A DNA stretch of 24,802 nt from a virus (lineage: Duplodnaviria > Caudoviricetes), in IMG/VR virus record IMGVR_UViG_3300014656_000131, positions 1 to 24,802 of that record; one strand, given 5' to 3'. Below are positions 1 through 9,192 of the stretch, piece by piece. The notes under the pieces were generated by a model that made no database searches, was not told the DNA's origin, and saw only the letters and a program-made list of their open reading frames with translations. Positions within the stretch are counted from its first letter, which is position 1, and each line of letters opens with the position of its first letter. The translations under genes and the position numbers were made by a program.

Positions 1-711
1 ATGACGTTCTCCTGGCTTGAGGTTTCGGTGAAGTTTCGCAACTCCAGCCGTACCCCAACCAAGGGCGGCATGACCACGTTCACTTTTGTGGCCAACTGTC
101 AGGTGATAACCATCTCACTACACTTTGATGACTGCGGCAGGATGTTCTGGTCTGTCATTGTAACTGGGCAAGGGGCCGGCCGAGCTCTTCTGATCATCTG
201 CGGCGGCGGAGCCGCCACCATGTTGGCCTTTCTGGGGCAGGTCTTTAACGATCCGCAATCGGCGCTGGCTCCCATCAAGCAGGACCTTGCTTCCGCCCTT
301 GTCCTCTTTGTCCTTGGGGCCGTGGCAGCAACCCTTGTTGCGGGTTTGACCTACATGTCACAGCTTTTCTATAGTGAAAGTACTAATATAAAGGCAGGCC
401 AACTGTTGCAAAGGCCTTGGCCGGGTCAAGACACGCCGGATCAGCAAGAAAATTTAGATAAAAAAAACTGGGCCCACAGGGTCGGATTAGTGTTTCATGT
501 TTTGACAACTTGCGCGTGGATTGTAGCCCTTGGATTATTCCTCTGGGGTTGTCATCAAGCAGGCTCCGCTGTCAACAAGGCCCTCTCCCATCCCGCAACT
601 ATCACTTCCCCCCAGAACAACAGCACTGCCCGCCCCGATCAGACAACTGGGACGTATGGCTGGATGGTTGATACCAATTCTTCAGCGTCTCCACGTGAGG
701 ATTGCGTCTGA
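1..711 (+). CDS. Hypothetical membrane protein (about 3 TM), accessory; start uncertain (ATG 1 or ATG 142)
   Basis: Hydrophobic segments ALLIICGGGAATMLAFLG, LASALVLFVLGAVAATLVAGLTYM and VGLVFHVLTTCAWIVALGLFLWG; visibly lower GC than the backbone; convergent with the tail operon. Confidence 0.65.
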   Translation: MTFSWLEVSVKFRNSSRTPTKGGMTTFTFVANCQVITISLHFDDCGRMFWSVIVTGQGAGRALLIICGGGAATMLAFLGQVFNDPQSALAPIKQDLASALVLFVLGAVAATLVAGLTYMSQLFYSESTNIKAGQLLQRPWPGQDTPDQQENLDKKNWAHRVGLVFHVLTTCAWIVALGLFLWGCHQAGSAVNKALSHPATITSPQNNSTARPDQTTGTYGWMVDTNSSASPREDCV

Positions 712-752
712 ATCAGCTGATTTGACCCCCAACAATCCCTGACACATTCTGA

Positions 753-1295
753 TCAGGCCAACCCCGCCCGCTCACCCCTCTGGTCCACGGCGTCGGCCTC
801 GATATCAGCCAGGCGCGCCACGTTGTCCGGGTCCGGCGTCACACCAGCCTGTTCAGCGGCCATGATCGCCCGCAACGGACGCACGGCTGCGGCGTCCAGC
901 ACGGCCAAGGCCGCATCGATCTCTGCCACCCGCGCGGCGTTGGCCGCCGCCAGATCCACCACCCAGCCCCCGGTCCCTGCGTCCCAGACTTCAAACTCGC
1001 CCGGGGCCGTGTCCGTCAGGCCCGCCTGGATCGGCCCCAACTCCGTGATCTCCACCACCTCGCCCGTGGCCGTGGAGTACATCACCACCCCCCGGTGATC
1101 CTCGGTCAGCTCCCAGGCCGCGCCCGTCCACACGGGCCACTGGAAATCCCCCGGCTCGGGCGGCTCCGTCGTCGTCGCATTGGCAGGCAGCAGAAACACG
1201 TCCAGCCCCGCCTTCCTGGTCTCCAGGGGATCAAGGGCCGCCACGCCCCCACCCAGATATTCCCCGGTCTCGGGATGATAATTGTAAATATCCAT
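753..1295 (-). CDS. Tail fibre assembly protein (Tfa/Caudo_TAP-like)
   Basis: IYNYHPETGEYLG...FLLPANATTTEPP...W..TEDHRG motifs typical of Tfa; directly downstream of the fibre gene; AGGAG SD before the ATG. Confidence 0.85.
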   Translation of the reverse strand: MDIYNYHPETGEYLGGGVAALDPLETRKAGLDVFLLPANATTTEPPEPGDFQWPVWTGAAWELTEDHRGVVMYSTATGEVVEITELGPIQAGLTDTAPGEFEVWDAGTGGWVVDLAAANAARVAEIDAALAVLDAAAVRPLRAIMAAEQAGVTPDPDNVARLADIEADAVDQRGERAGLA

Positions 1296-1303
1296 GGCTC
1301 CTC

Positions 1304-2356
1304 CTAATACTTGATGATGAACATCAGCGCCCGGTTGCGCGGGCGAGTCTCACTTCCGCCACTGGCCGAGGTGCCGCCGGATTTCGCACCATATCCTGCG
1401 CCATCGCTGACGTTCGCAGGGTGCGAGGTGTCCACATCCGCACAGCCGGAATGGGCGTGTGACCTGTAGTCGTCGGCCTGATAGCTGCCGAACGTGCGTC
1501 CGGAGTCCGCGCCCCGGCCATGGTCCCAGCCGCGCACGAACTCGCCGCGCAGATCCGGCAGATTGAAAGTCCCGCTCCCCGAGCCGAAGACCGTACCCAG
1601 CACCCCGTACAGGTCTGCGTAGGTGCTGGTGGACAGGCTGGCCCCGTTGCACTCCAGCCAACCGGCGGGCACGGCGCTGGCGGCCAGGGCCAGCACCGTG
1701 CCCACGGGCACGCCGCCGCTGATCTTCCAGGTCCCGTCCCCGGCCAGGAATCTGGTGGCCGCGCCAGCGCCCGGGGCGGGCACCAGGCCCCGCGTCCCGC
1801 CCGCGCCCGCATCGCCCACCATGTCGCTCAAACGGGCCAGGTCCAGCAGCCCCCCGGCACCCAGCACAGGGACCTGCCCCTGTGCCGTGCCCAGCTCCGC
1901 GAACGCGCCCGTGCCCAGGCCCATGAGGTTCAGGCCCGCCCGCAGGTCCTCCAGATCCTGATCCGTGATCTCGGTCATGCCCACGAACAGGCTGACCCGG
2001 GCCACGGGCAGCGCGCCCGGGGGGATGCCCGGGTCCTCGGGCACGGCGGCCTCGGTTCCGGTGGCCACGCCCACGGTTCCGCTGGCCGCATCGATGTACA
2101 CGATGTCCCGGCGCGGCTCGGCCCCGGGCGCGGTCAGGCTGTCCGTGCTTTGCGCGGCCACTTCCAGGGCCAGTCCCCCCAGGGCCGGGATCACGCCCGG
2201 GGCCAGGCGCACGGTCATGTCCGGGGTGTCCTGGGCGCATGGCGCAAACAGGGCCGCCAGCCGCGCCAGGATCTTCACGCAGCCGTCCAGGATGGTCTTG
2301 TAGGTCACAGAGTCAACGCCCGTAAAAACGGGCTGTATCCATTTGGCTGTCGGCAT
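1304..2356 (-). CDS. Tail fibre protein with phage tail collar domain
   Basis: Collar motif VPVGTV...PAGWLECNGA...Y.DLY..LG..FG...TFNLPDLRGEFVRGWD; fibre repeat GLVPAP...FLAGDGTW; HAH motif; C-terminal ETRPRN.ALMFIIKY. Confidence 0.92.
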   Translation of the reverse strand: MPTAKWIQPVFTGVDSVTYKTILDGCVKILARLAALFAPCAQDTPDMTVRLAPGVIPALGGLALEVAAQSTDSLTAPGAEPRRDIVYIDAASGTVGVATGTEAAVPEDPGIPPGALPVARVSLFVGMTEITDQDLEDLRAGLNLMGLGTGAFAELGTAQGQVPVLGAGGLLDLARLSDMVGDAGAGGTRGLVPAPGAGAATRFLAGDGTWKISGGVPVGTVLALAASAVPAGWLECNGASLSTSTYADLYGVLGTVFGSGSGTFNLPDLRGEFVRGWDHGRGADSGRTFGSYQADDYRSHAHSGCADVDTSHPANVSDGAGYGAKSGGTSASGGSETRPRNRALMFIIKY

Positions 2357-2364
2357 TGGTCCTC

Positions 2365-5166
2365 CTACACGCCCATGGCGGTCCAGTTGATGCTGCCGCC
2401 CACGTCCGTGCCTGTGGCGTCAAACACCCGGGCCATGAAGCCCGTGGCGGTGACGTCGTTGTACATGGGCAGCAGCGGAACGCTCCCGGCCGCGCTGAGC
2501 TGCACGTTGATCCTGTCGGTATGGAACGGGCGCGAGAACTCCACGGCCAGGCCGCCCACGGGCACCACAACCCCGTTGGCCGATTCGGCCCGCTCGGACA
2601 CATCCACGACCATGGTCAGGGCCTGGACCACTCCCTGACCCGTGGCCGGGTCCAGGCCCACGCCCGGGCGCAGGTGCCGCGCCTCCACGCTGCCCAGGGT
2701 CCAGGGGGACATGCCGCTCCAGGCCCCTGCGTCCAGGCGGTGGTCCAGCTGGAACTCCGGGTCTGCGGCCCCGCGCGTCTCGCCCGGCCCCAGCCGCCCC
2801 ACGGTCTGGGACCAGACCCGCAGATCCGGGGCGTCGAACCCCATGTCCACGGCCTGGCCCTGGTACAGGGCGTAGGCCACGGGGTTGGGATTGAAGCTGT
2901 CAAAGGTCTCCCAGCCATCGTCGCTGGCCGTGCCCAGGGCCAGGGGCACCAGCTCGCGGGTCACGGGATGCACCACAAAGCCGTCCATGGCGCCCGGCCA
3001 ACGCGGGTGCTCGCTGGATGTCAGGACAATGTCGTTGAAATTGGTGACGGTGATGTTCGCCACGGCGGCGGCCTGGCTGGGATTTTTGGAGGTGTCCAGG
3101 GCTTTGATGCCCACGGTCCAGGAGCCGGGCGGCAGGGACGCCGTGTCCAACAGGTCGCCCCTGTTTGCGCTGATGACCCCCTGGGCATTCTCCCAGTTCC
3201 AGGACCCCTGGGGGGTGTAGCGGATCTCGTAACCGCCCAGGTCCTTGTCCACCACCTCTGTCCACCTGAACGTGCACAGCGCGCCGTTCTGCTGCACGGT
3301 CAGGCTGGCCACGTTGCTGGGCGGCTCGGTCTTGCCGACAACGGTGTGCCCGTCCTCTTGCGCCCACTCGCTGTAAACGCCCATGGCGTTGCGCGCCCGC
3401 ACCCGCACGTCGACGTCCGCGCCGTCCTGCACGTCGTAGATCCAGGTCTCCATGGCCGAGCCAGGCAGGGTCTGGGCATTGACCCAGGCCTCGCTGGCGC
3501 TGGCCTTGTACTGGACCTCGATGCTCCCGCCCTGCAGCACGTAGCCGTCGTCCACCTCGTCCCAGGCCAGCTTCAGACGGCTGGCCACGGTGCCGTCGCC
3601 GCGCAGATACAACTCGCTGGTGCCGCTGCTCAGCGCCAGGTTCCGGGGCGCGTCCACGGTGGACCAGTTGGGCAGCCCAGTGTCCGGGGCCGGGTCCACG
3701 GCCTCCAGGTCCGGATCGTCAAAGGAGGCCTCGGCCGTCTCCTTGACCTTCAGGTCGATGCCCAGGCGCGGGGGCTGGTCCTCGCCGCCGTCGCGCAGGG
3801 CAATGGCCGCATTGAGCACCAGGAACGGCTTGTCCACCCAACCGAACTTGGGGATGCTCAGGCGCACGGGCAGGCCGACGGCGCAGCGCAGGCCCGAGAT
3901 CTTCAGGGGCAGGGTGAAGGCGATCTGCTGGCGGTTCTCTGCCAGCTCGATCTTGGCCACCCGCTGGGCGCGGTAGGGCGAAAGATTGAAGGGCTGGTCG
4001 GCGTTCAGCCACAGGGGATCCCCGTTGTCCTCGGCCAGGTAGGCCGCGCTGCTCACCGCCGGGTAGTCCGTGGTCTCCCAGGTCTCGGGGTTGGTGTACA
4101 GGCCCCTGATGCCGTTGCCCAACTCGCTGCGCGTGGTGCGCGTGACCAGGCCGCTGATGGGCCCGTCCAGGTCGTCCAGGGTCAGGGTGATGGTCGGCTC
4201 ACGCCAGGCCGCCGTGTACAGGCGGATGCCGCTGGCGCTGGGCACCAGCATCCCCCGGCAACTGGTCAGCATGTTCTTGATGGTGGTTTCCGGGACCTGG
4301 TCCAGGGTGAACTCGCCGTCCACGGTGTAGCGCTTTTCGCTGCCGCCGCCCGGGATGGCCACGTCCTCGTCGCAGATATTGGCCTCGGCGATCCAGTTGT
4401 CGTCGTGCAGGTCCTCGGCCGGGAACCGCAGCTTCGGATGGTTGAGCAGCAAGTCCCGGATGCACAGGGCCAGGTTGTTGCTGTAGGCCGTCGCGGACGT
4501 GCGCGGGTCCATCACCCGGCGTCCGCGCACCACGGCTTTCCACTGCGGAATGCCCGAAAACTTCTCGTCCCACTTGCAGAGCATGTACAGCTTGGCGCAG
4601 CCGTACTGGCGGTGGGCGTTGGTCCAGCCCCCGCCGCTCACGGCCTCCATGGTCGCCTGCAGGTCCGCGTCGCCCTCCACGGTGCCGTTGCCGAACTTGA
4701 ACTGGATCAGGTTCTTGTAGTCGCCGTTCTGCACCCAGCCGCCTGCATCCAGGGTCACGGCCTGGTCATAGACATACAGCTGTTCCAGCCCGTCGATGGG
4801 GCAGCCGGTGAGGGTCCACAGGGTATGCAGGTTCTTGTTCTTGCTGCCGTTGCTGTGCCACCAGGTCAGTGACCCGCCGATGCGGCAGCGGCCATAGACC
4901 CAGCGGTGGTAGCTGATGGCCTGGCGCACGTTCTGGTCGCGGCCTTCGGCTGCGGCCGCAGCGCTGAAGGACTGCTCGTCCTTCTTTGCCCCGCCGCCCA
5001 GAACCGAGGCGGCGGCCATCAGCCCCACGGACACGTACATCCCGCCCATGGCCGTCCATTGCATGGTGGCCGGCAACAGGAACTGTGTGCCGGGCAGTAC
5101 GCAGGCGGCCACCACGGCAGCCACCGAGAGCACGCTGGAGATGATCCCGCCGGAACTTCCGCCCAT
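2365..5166 (-). CDS. Tip attachment/central tail fibre (gpJ-like) protein with FN3-like domain, 933 aa
   Basis: Start moved to ATG 5166 (MGGSSGG), which overlaps the upstream TGA; motifs VYGR.RIGG, GRRVMDPR, NLALCIRD, ANICDEDV, VRVRARN..G..SEW, GKTEPPSNV. Confidence 0.88.
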   Translation of the reverse strand: MGGSSGGIISSVLSVAAVVAACVLPGTQFLLPATMQWTAMGGMYVSVGLMAAASVLGGGAKKDEQSFSAAAAAEGRDQNVRQAISYHRWVYGRCRIGGSLTWWHSNGSKNKNLHTLWTLTGCPIDGLEQLYVYDQAVTLDAGGWVQNGDYKNLIQFKFGNGTVEGDADLQATMEAVSGGGWTNAHRQYGCAKLYMLCKWDEKFSGIPQWKAVVRGRRVMDPRTSATAYSNNLALCIRDLLLNHPKLRFPAEDLHDDNWIAEANICDEDVAIPGGGSEKRYTVDGEFTLDQVPETTIKNMLTSCRGMLVPSASGIRLYTAAWREPTITLTLDDLDGPISGLVTRTTRSELGNGIRGLYTNPETWETTDYPAVSSAAYLAEDNGDPLWLNADQPFNLSPYRAQRVAKIELAENRQQIAFTLPLKISGLRCAVGLPVRLSIPKFGWVDKPFLVLNAAIALRDGGEDQPPRLGIDLKVKETAEASFDDPDLEAVDPAPDTGLPNWSTVDAPRNLALSSGTSELYLRGDGTVASRLKLAWDEVDDGYVLQGGSIEVQYKASASEAWVNAQTLPGSAMETWIYDVQDGADVDVRVRARNAMGVYSEWAQEDGHTVVGKTEPPSNVASLTVQQNGALCTFRWTEVVDKDLGGYEIRYTPQGSWNWENAQGVISANRGDLLDTASLPPGSWTVGIKALDTSKNPSQAAAVANITVTNFNDIVLTSSEHPRWPGAMDGFVVHPVTRELVPLALGTASDDGWETFDSFNPNPVAYALYQGQAVDMGFDAPDLRVWSQTVGRLGPGETRGAADPEFQLDHRLDAGAWSGMSPWTLGSVEARHLRPGVGLDPATGQGVVQALTMVVDVSERAESANGVVVPVGGLAVEFSRPFHTDRINVQLSAAGSVPLLPMYNDVTATGFMARVFDATGTDVGGSINWTAMGV

Positions 5167-5594
5167 CAGAGCACCCTCCAGGCCCGCAGGGCCTCGCGCA
5201 GGGGCAGACGGGCCAACCCCCGGGGGCGCACGGCCACGGCCACCTTGCCCAGGGTGTCGATGATTCCCAGGCCCGGGCCGTCGTCCACCGCCACCAGGGC
5301 CACGTCGCCGCGCCTGGCAAAGGCGGGCGGGATCTCGGGCCACCCCATGCCGACGGCGATGAGCTCCATGGTCTGTTCGACCCCGCCGCCCGAGTATTCC
5401 TTGAGCTTGCGCGCGGCGCCCAGGGCCGTGGAGTAGCTCCCCCGAAACCAGTGGGCCGCGTCAAACCCGGTCATGGCCAGCACGCAGTCCGCCGCGAACA
5501 GACAGCAGTCGTGACCGCCCCAGGCAAAGGGCCTGCCCTGGGCCTCGCGCAGGGCCAGGGCCAGGCGGCCTGTCCAGTCCTTCATGCGGCGCAT
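5166..5594 (-). CDS. NlpC/P60-like tail tip protein (gpK-like/DUF6950-like), 142 aa
   Basis: RPFAWGGHDCCLFAADCV.AMTG and RRGDVALV motifs; lies between the hub gene and J; ATG 5594 overlaps the upstream TGA. Confidence 0.8.
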   Translation of the reverse strand: MRRMKDWTGRLALALREAQGRPFAWGGHDCCLFAADCVLAMTGFDAAHWFRGSYSTALGAARKLKEYSGGGVEQTMELIAVGMGWPEIPPAFARRGDVALVAVDDGPGLGIIDTLGKVAVAVRPRGLARLPLREALRAWRVL

Positions 5595-6154
5595 CAGTTC
5601 TTGCCCCACTTGATCTCGTCGTCCTGCACGCCCTCCACGAACTCAAACCCCAGGTCTCCCGGGTAGTCGATCTGCTGGTCCTCGTGGGTGTGGCGGCGTT
5701 CACTGGCCTGGCGCAGCAGGATAAAGCGCGACTCGGCGGAAACAGACGCCGAGAACCGCTCCGGGCCGGGCTCCAGCATGGGCACGTCCGTCAGGCCCTT
5801 GAACAGCGGAAGCACCCCGGCCACGCCACCCTCCGGGGCCCACAGCCCCAGGGACAGCACGGCCTCCTCGCCCTGGCGCATCTCGTTCAGGGCGGTCTGG
5901 ATCCATTCGTCGCCGATGTCGTTCAGGGCAAAGGTCATGCCCGCCGCAAACAGGTCGCTGGTCTCCTCCACGGGACTGGCCTGGGCCGCCGAACCGCCGC
6001 CGTGGTAGATCTCGCCGCCCAGCTCCAGGTCCCCCAACCCGGTCCAGCAGTTGAACGGCCCGGAGGCCGTGCCGATCTTGCCCACCAGAAACGGATAGAC
6101 CACGTCGGCCAGCAGGGCGGCCTCAAAAGCGGCTTCCATCTCGCGATCGGCCAT
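5594..6154 (-). CDS. Tail tip/hub protein (gpL-position), 186 aa
   Basis: Real start MADREM at ATG 6154 (overlaps the upstream TGA); motifs WTGLGDL..GG..Y.G.G and RRHTHEDQQ..YPGDLGFEFV...QD..IKWG typical of siphophage tip proteins. Confidence 0.78.
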   Translation of the reverse strand: MADREMEAAFEAALLADVVYPFLVGKIGTASGPFNCWTGLGDLELGGEIYHGGGSAAQASPVEETSDLFAAGMTFALNDIGDEWIQTALNEMRQGEEAVLSLGLWAPEGGVAGVLPLFKGLTDVPMLEPGPERFSASVSAESRFILLRQASERRHTHEDQQIDYPGDLGFEFVEGVQDDEIKWGKN

Positions 6155-6774
6155 CAGATCACCTCCGCGGCGGCCACGGTCATGTTGCTGAACAGGATGG
6201 GCGGCAACACGGTCCTGGCCAACTCGTTGCTGGACAGGCGGAACCGGCACACGGTGTTGCTGGTCACGATGGGCGACGCCGCCGTGGGGGACTCGCGCAG
6301 GCTGGGCCAAAACAACAGGTCGGCCCGGCCGTTCTCGTCGGCGTCCACGTCGTCCAGCACGTAGTGCAGGCGGCTGGTGGCCCCGGTGCCCAACTGGATG
6401 TAATCGCCGCGCAGCAGCACGCCCGAGGCGTTGGGGGTCCAGCCGCTGGTGGACAGCTCGTTGCCTGTCTGGCTGGCTCCGTTGACCACGGGGTCCCCGG
6501 CCACGGACCCGCGCGGGGTCCTGGACCCGGGGTCGCCCAACAGGAAGGTGCCGCACCTGCCGTTGAGCTTCAAGAGCAGGGAGTACAACAGCTCGGCGCG
6601 CTCCCGGCGCATGGCCGGGAAATTGAAGGTCAGTTCCCAGCGCTGCCCCCCCCAGTCCTGGGGTTGCTGGCTGAAGGTGTACGGGCTCTCGGACACGGCC
6701 ACCACGGGCCGGGCGATCCAGGTGCATTCGCTGGGGTACACGGTGGGGAAGGCCAGGGGGTAGGTGATGGCCAT
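6154..6774 (-). CDS. Distal tail (Dit-position) protein
   Basis: Immediately after TMP; S.SPYTFSQQ..DWGGQRW motif; beta-rich. Confidence 0.72.
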   Translation of the reverse strand: MAITYPLAFPTVYPSECTWIARPVVAVSESPYTFSQQPQDWGGQRWELTFNFPAMRRERAELLYSLLLKLNGRCGTFLLGDPGSRTPRGSVAGDPVVNGASQTGNELSTSGWTPNASGVLLRGDYIQLGTGATSRLHYVLDDVDADENGRADLLFWPSLRESPTAASPIVTSNTVCRFRLSSNELARTVLPPILFSNMTVAAAEVI

Positions 6775-8840
6775 CAGTTTCTCCTCCCGCGCCGCTGGCT
6801 GTCCTTCAGGGCCACCAGGCTCTTCTGGGCCGCCAGGGTGGCGATCTGGTTGGCCATGGTCCGCAGTTGGCCCACCACGGAACCGTCCGCCCCGCGAAAG
6901 TCAAAGTGCAGGTGCTGGGTCAGCCCGCCCATGCCCACGCCGTTGATGGAGAGATCTCCGCGCGAATTGCGCACAATGGGAAAGAGACCTTCTTCCCCGG
7001 CCTCGCCGCCCACGCCCACGTTGCGCCCGCCCGGCCCGTAGCGGAACAGGGTGGGGCTGTCCAGGATCCCGCCTTGGGCAAAGGGCACCACGCCCGAGGC
7101 GTCAAAGACGTTGCCCTTGGCGTTGAACAGGGCCGTGATGGAACCGAGGAACCCGCCGCCGGACGAGCCGCCGCTGGAAAACGAGCCCATCAGCTCGTCC
7201 ATGACGTTGTTGCTGGCCATGCGGGTCATGGAGTCCAGGAAGTAGTCCTTCAGGCTGTTCAGATTGAACTCGCCGGTCTTGCGGTATTCCACCCAGACAT
7301 TGCCCATCTGGTAGCCCGTATCCACGGCCACCTGGCCGATCTCGGCCCAGCTGTCCTTGGCTATCTCGGCGGCCTGGGTCTCGCGTTCCACGCGCGCCAT
7401 GACCTGCTCGGCCTGGGTCTGGGTGAACGCCTCCTCATAGCCATGCAGCGCCAGCATGGTCTCCTCGTACAGGGTGCTGCGCTGGGCCATCCACTCGCGT
7501 TCTTTTTCAAGGATCGCCTCGTCCACCTGGGCCTCGCCCTGCTGGCGGTCGTCCCAGATCTTCTCGTAGCTCTTGAGCAGGTAGGCCAGGTGCTCGTCGC
7601 TGCCCGCCAGGATGTAGTTGGACTTCGTCGCCTTGGCCGGGGCCCTGGTCGCGCCTCCGGTGCCGCTGGACGCCGTGGATGTTGGCGCAGCCGTGGCCTG
7701 GGGGTGGGCCTTGTCCCACATGGCCTGGACATCGCTCACGACCCCGGACAGCGCCTTGACCTCGGGCGCAGGGGGTAGGGTTATGGCCAGGCCCTTGTCC
7801 GAGTCCGACAGCGAGTCGATCAGCCTGTCGAGATACGAGCCCTGCTTCAGCGCCTCGATCTTGGCCATGTCCTCGTCGGACAGGCCCAGGGCCATGTTGC
7901 CCAGGCTTTCGCCCAGGTCGTGGGCGAACTTCAACAGGGCGATGGTCCGCCCGGGCACGCCGCCCAGGGCCATGACCCCGATCAGCCCGTAGCCGGCAGC
8001 GCCCACCACTTCGTCGGGCAGGGCCTGGTAGACGTCCACCAGGCTGGAGACGGAGGTTTTGATGGCGTCCACGGCCTGATGGGTCTTCTGGTCGATCAGT
8101 TCCCGGTTGGCGCGCACCCAATTCAGCATCTCCACGGACAGGGCGGCGATCTCAGGCGAGAACTCGGCCACCGTGCCCACCAACTGGGTGCGCAGCACAC
8201 GCTCCAAACGGGTCAATTCGTCGTTGGCCTTCTCGGAATTGCGGATCAGCTGCTCGTCCAGGACCAGACCCAGGGAGTGGGCGTCCTCACGCATCTGGTT
8301 CAGGGCGCCGCTGCCGCCGCGCAGCATGTTCACCAGGGCCGCGCCCTCGGAGTCGAACAGCTTGAAGGCGATGCGCAGGGCCTCCTGATCGCTCTCGGCG
8401 TTCTGGATGACGTTGGAGAAATCACCCAGCAGATCGATGTTGGAACGCATCTGCCCGTTGCCGTCGCGCAACTGCACGCCGTACTGCTTGGACACGGCAA
8501 GCAGCTCGCCCGTGCCCTGGGCCACCTCGCCCAGGCGACGCGAAAAGCGCTGCATACCCATGTCCAGCTGGGCCTGGGCCACGTTGTTCAGTTCGGCGGC
8601 GTAGCGCAGCTCCTGCAGCTGGTCCGTGGTGAAGCCCACCTTGTCCGCCACCTTGCCGATCTTGTCGGCTGCGGACAGGCTCTCCTTGGCCACGTAGGCC
8701 AGGCCCAGGCCCGTGGCCATGACCCCGCCCACGGCCAAAGCCCGGCTGCGCACACCCTCCAAAGACATCTCCACCCTGCGCATGGTGGACGTGGCCATGT
8801 CCCGGGCAGAGATGATGATCCTGGTCTCAAGGCTGCTCAT
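6774..8840 (-). CDS. Tail tape measure protein, 688 aa
   Basis: Long helical protein after the chaperones; N-terminal LQELRYAAEL motif; C-terminal NAKGNVF...PFAQGGI.DSPTLF...GEAGEEG.FPI.R...G.L typical of lambda-family TMPs. Confidence 0.92.
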   Translation of the reverse strand: MSSLETRIIISARDMATSTMRRVEMSLEGVRSRALAVGGVMATGLGLAYVAKESLSAADKIGKVADKVGFTTDQLQELRYAAELNNVAQAQLDMGMQRFSRRLGEVAQGTGELLAVSKQYGVQLRDGNGQMRSNIDLLGDFSNVIQNAESDQEALRIAFKLFDSEGAALVNMLRGGSGALNQMREDAHSLGLVLDEQLIRNSEKANDELTRLERVLRTQLVGTVAEFSPEIAALSVEMLNWVRANRELIDQKTHQAVDAIKTSVSSLVDVYQALPDEVVGAAGYGLIGVMALGGVPGRTIALLKFAHDLGESLGNMALGLSDEDMAKIEALKQGSYLDRLIDSLSDSDKGLAITLPPAPEVKALSGVVSDVQAMWDKAHPQATAAPTSTASSGTGGATRAPAKATKSNYILAGSDEHLAYLLKSYEKIWDDRQQGEAQVDEAILEKEREWMAQRSTLYEETMLALHGYEEAFTQTQAEQVMARVERETQAAEIAKDSWAEIGQVAVDTGYQMGNVWVEYRKTGEFNLNSLKDYFLDSMTRMASNNVMDELMGSFSSGGSSGGGFLGSITALFNAKGNVFDASGVVPFAQGGILDSPTLFRYGPGGRNVGVGGEAGEEGLFPIVRNSRGDLSINGVGMGGLTQHLHFDFRGADGSVVGQLRTMANQIATLAAQKSLVALKDSQRRGRRN

Positions 8841-8918
8841 GCCGCCCCCTTCTGTTCTTTGCCGAGTCCGGTTGCGCAGGTACGTAAAACGCGATAACGG
8901 TTTGCTAAAGAATAGGGG

Positions 8919-9185
8919 GTGGAGATGCCGCAGGATCCTGCACCGACATACGCAGAGCAGCGCGCCAGGGACGACGCCCTGGCCCTTGTGGAACGCCAGC
9001 GCCGCGCCGACGAACAGGCTGCCCTGGATCGCGCGCCGGCCCAGAAGGTGGTGCTCACAGGTGTGCGCCTGCCCTTCAAGGATGTCCTGACCCTGGCCGT
9101 GCAGGTCGGCATCGCCGCCATCCCGGCGGGGGTCATCGTGGCCCTGGTCTGGGGCCTTGTGGCCCGCGTGCTGCTGGGCAAATGA
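8919..9185 (+). CDS. Small membrane protein, moron between chaperone and TMP genes (start GTG 8919 or ATG 8925)
   Basis: Fills the gap between backbone genes without overlap; purine-rich AGGGGG/GGAG SD region; charged N-terminus then a long hydrophobic C-terminus VLTLAVQVGIAAIPAGVIVALVWGLVARVLLG. Confidence 0.7.
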   Translation: MEMPQDPAPTYAEQRARDDALALVERQRRADEQAALDRAPAQKVVLTGVRLPFKDVLTLAVQVGIAAIPAGVIVALVWGLVARVLLGK

Positions 9186-9192
9186 TCCTGAC

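Noticed and set aside
753-2356. DGR or invertible tail-fibre cassette
   Set aside because: No reverse transcriptase, invertase, duplicated tip or inverted crossover sites seen in the window
2356-4872. 838-aa plus-strand ORF, and similar long plus-strand ORFs such as 9432-10859
   Set aside because: Shadow frames opposite well-supported tail genes
6646-6653. C8 tract in the Dit gene and A8 tract at 460-467 as phase-variation sites
   Set aside because: Short, in frame, and explained by the encoded residues (W-G-G, K-K-N); no evidence of slippage
5594-6727. ORF-track N-terminal extensions (also 5343, 5609, 12296, 13796, 18514 starts)
   Set aside because: They overlap upstream genes or regulatory DNA; downstream ATGs with coupling or SD fit better
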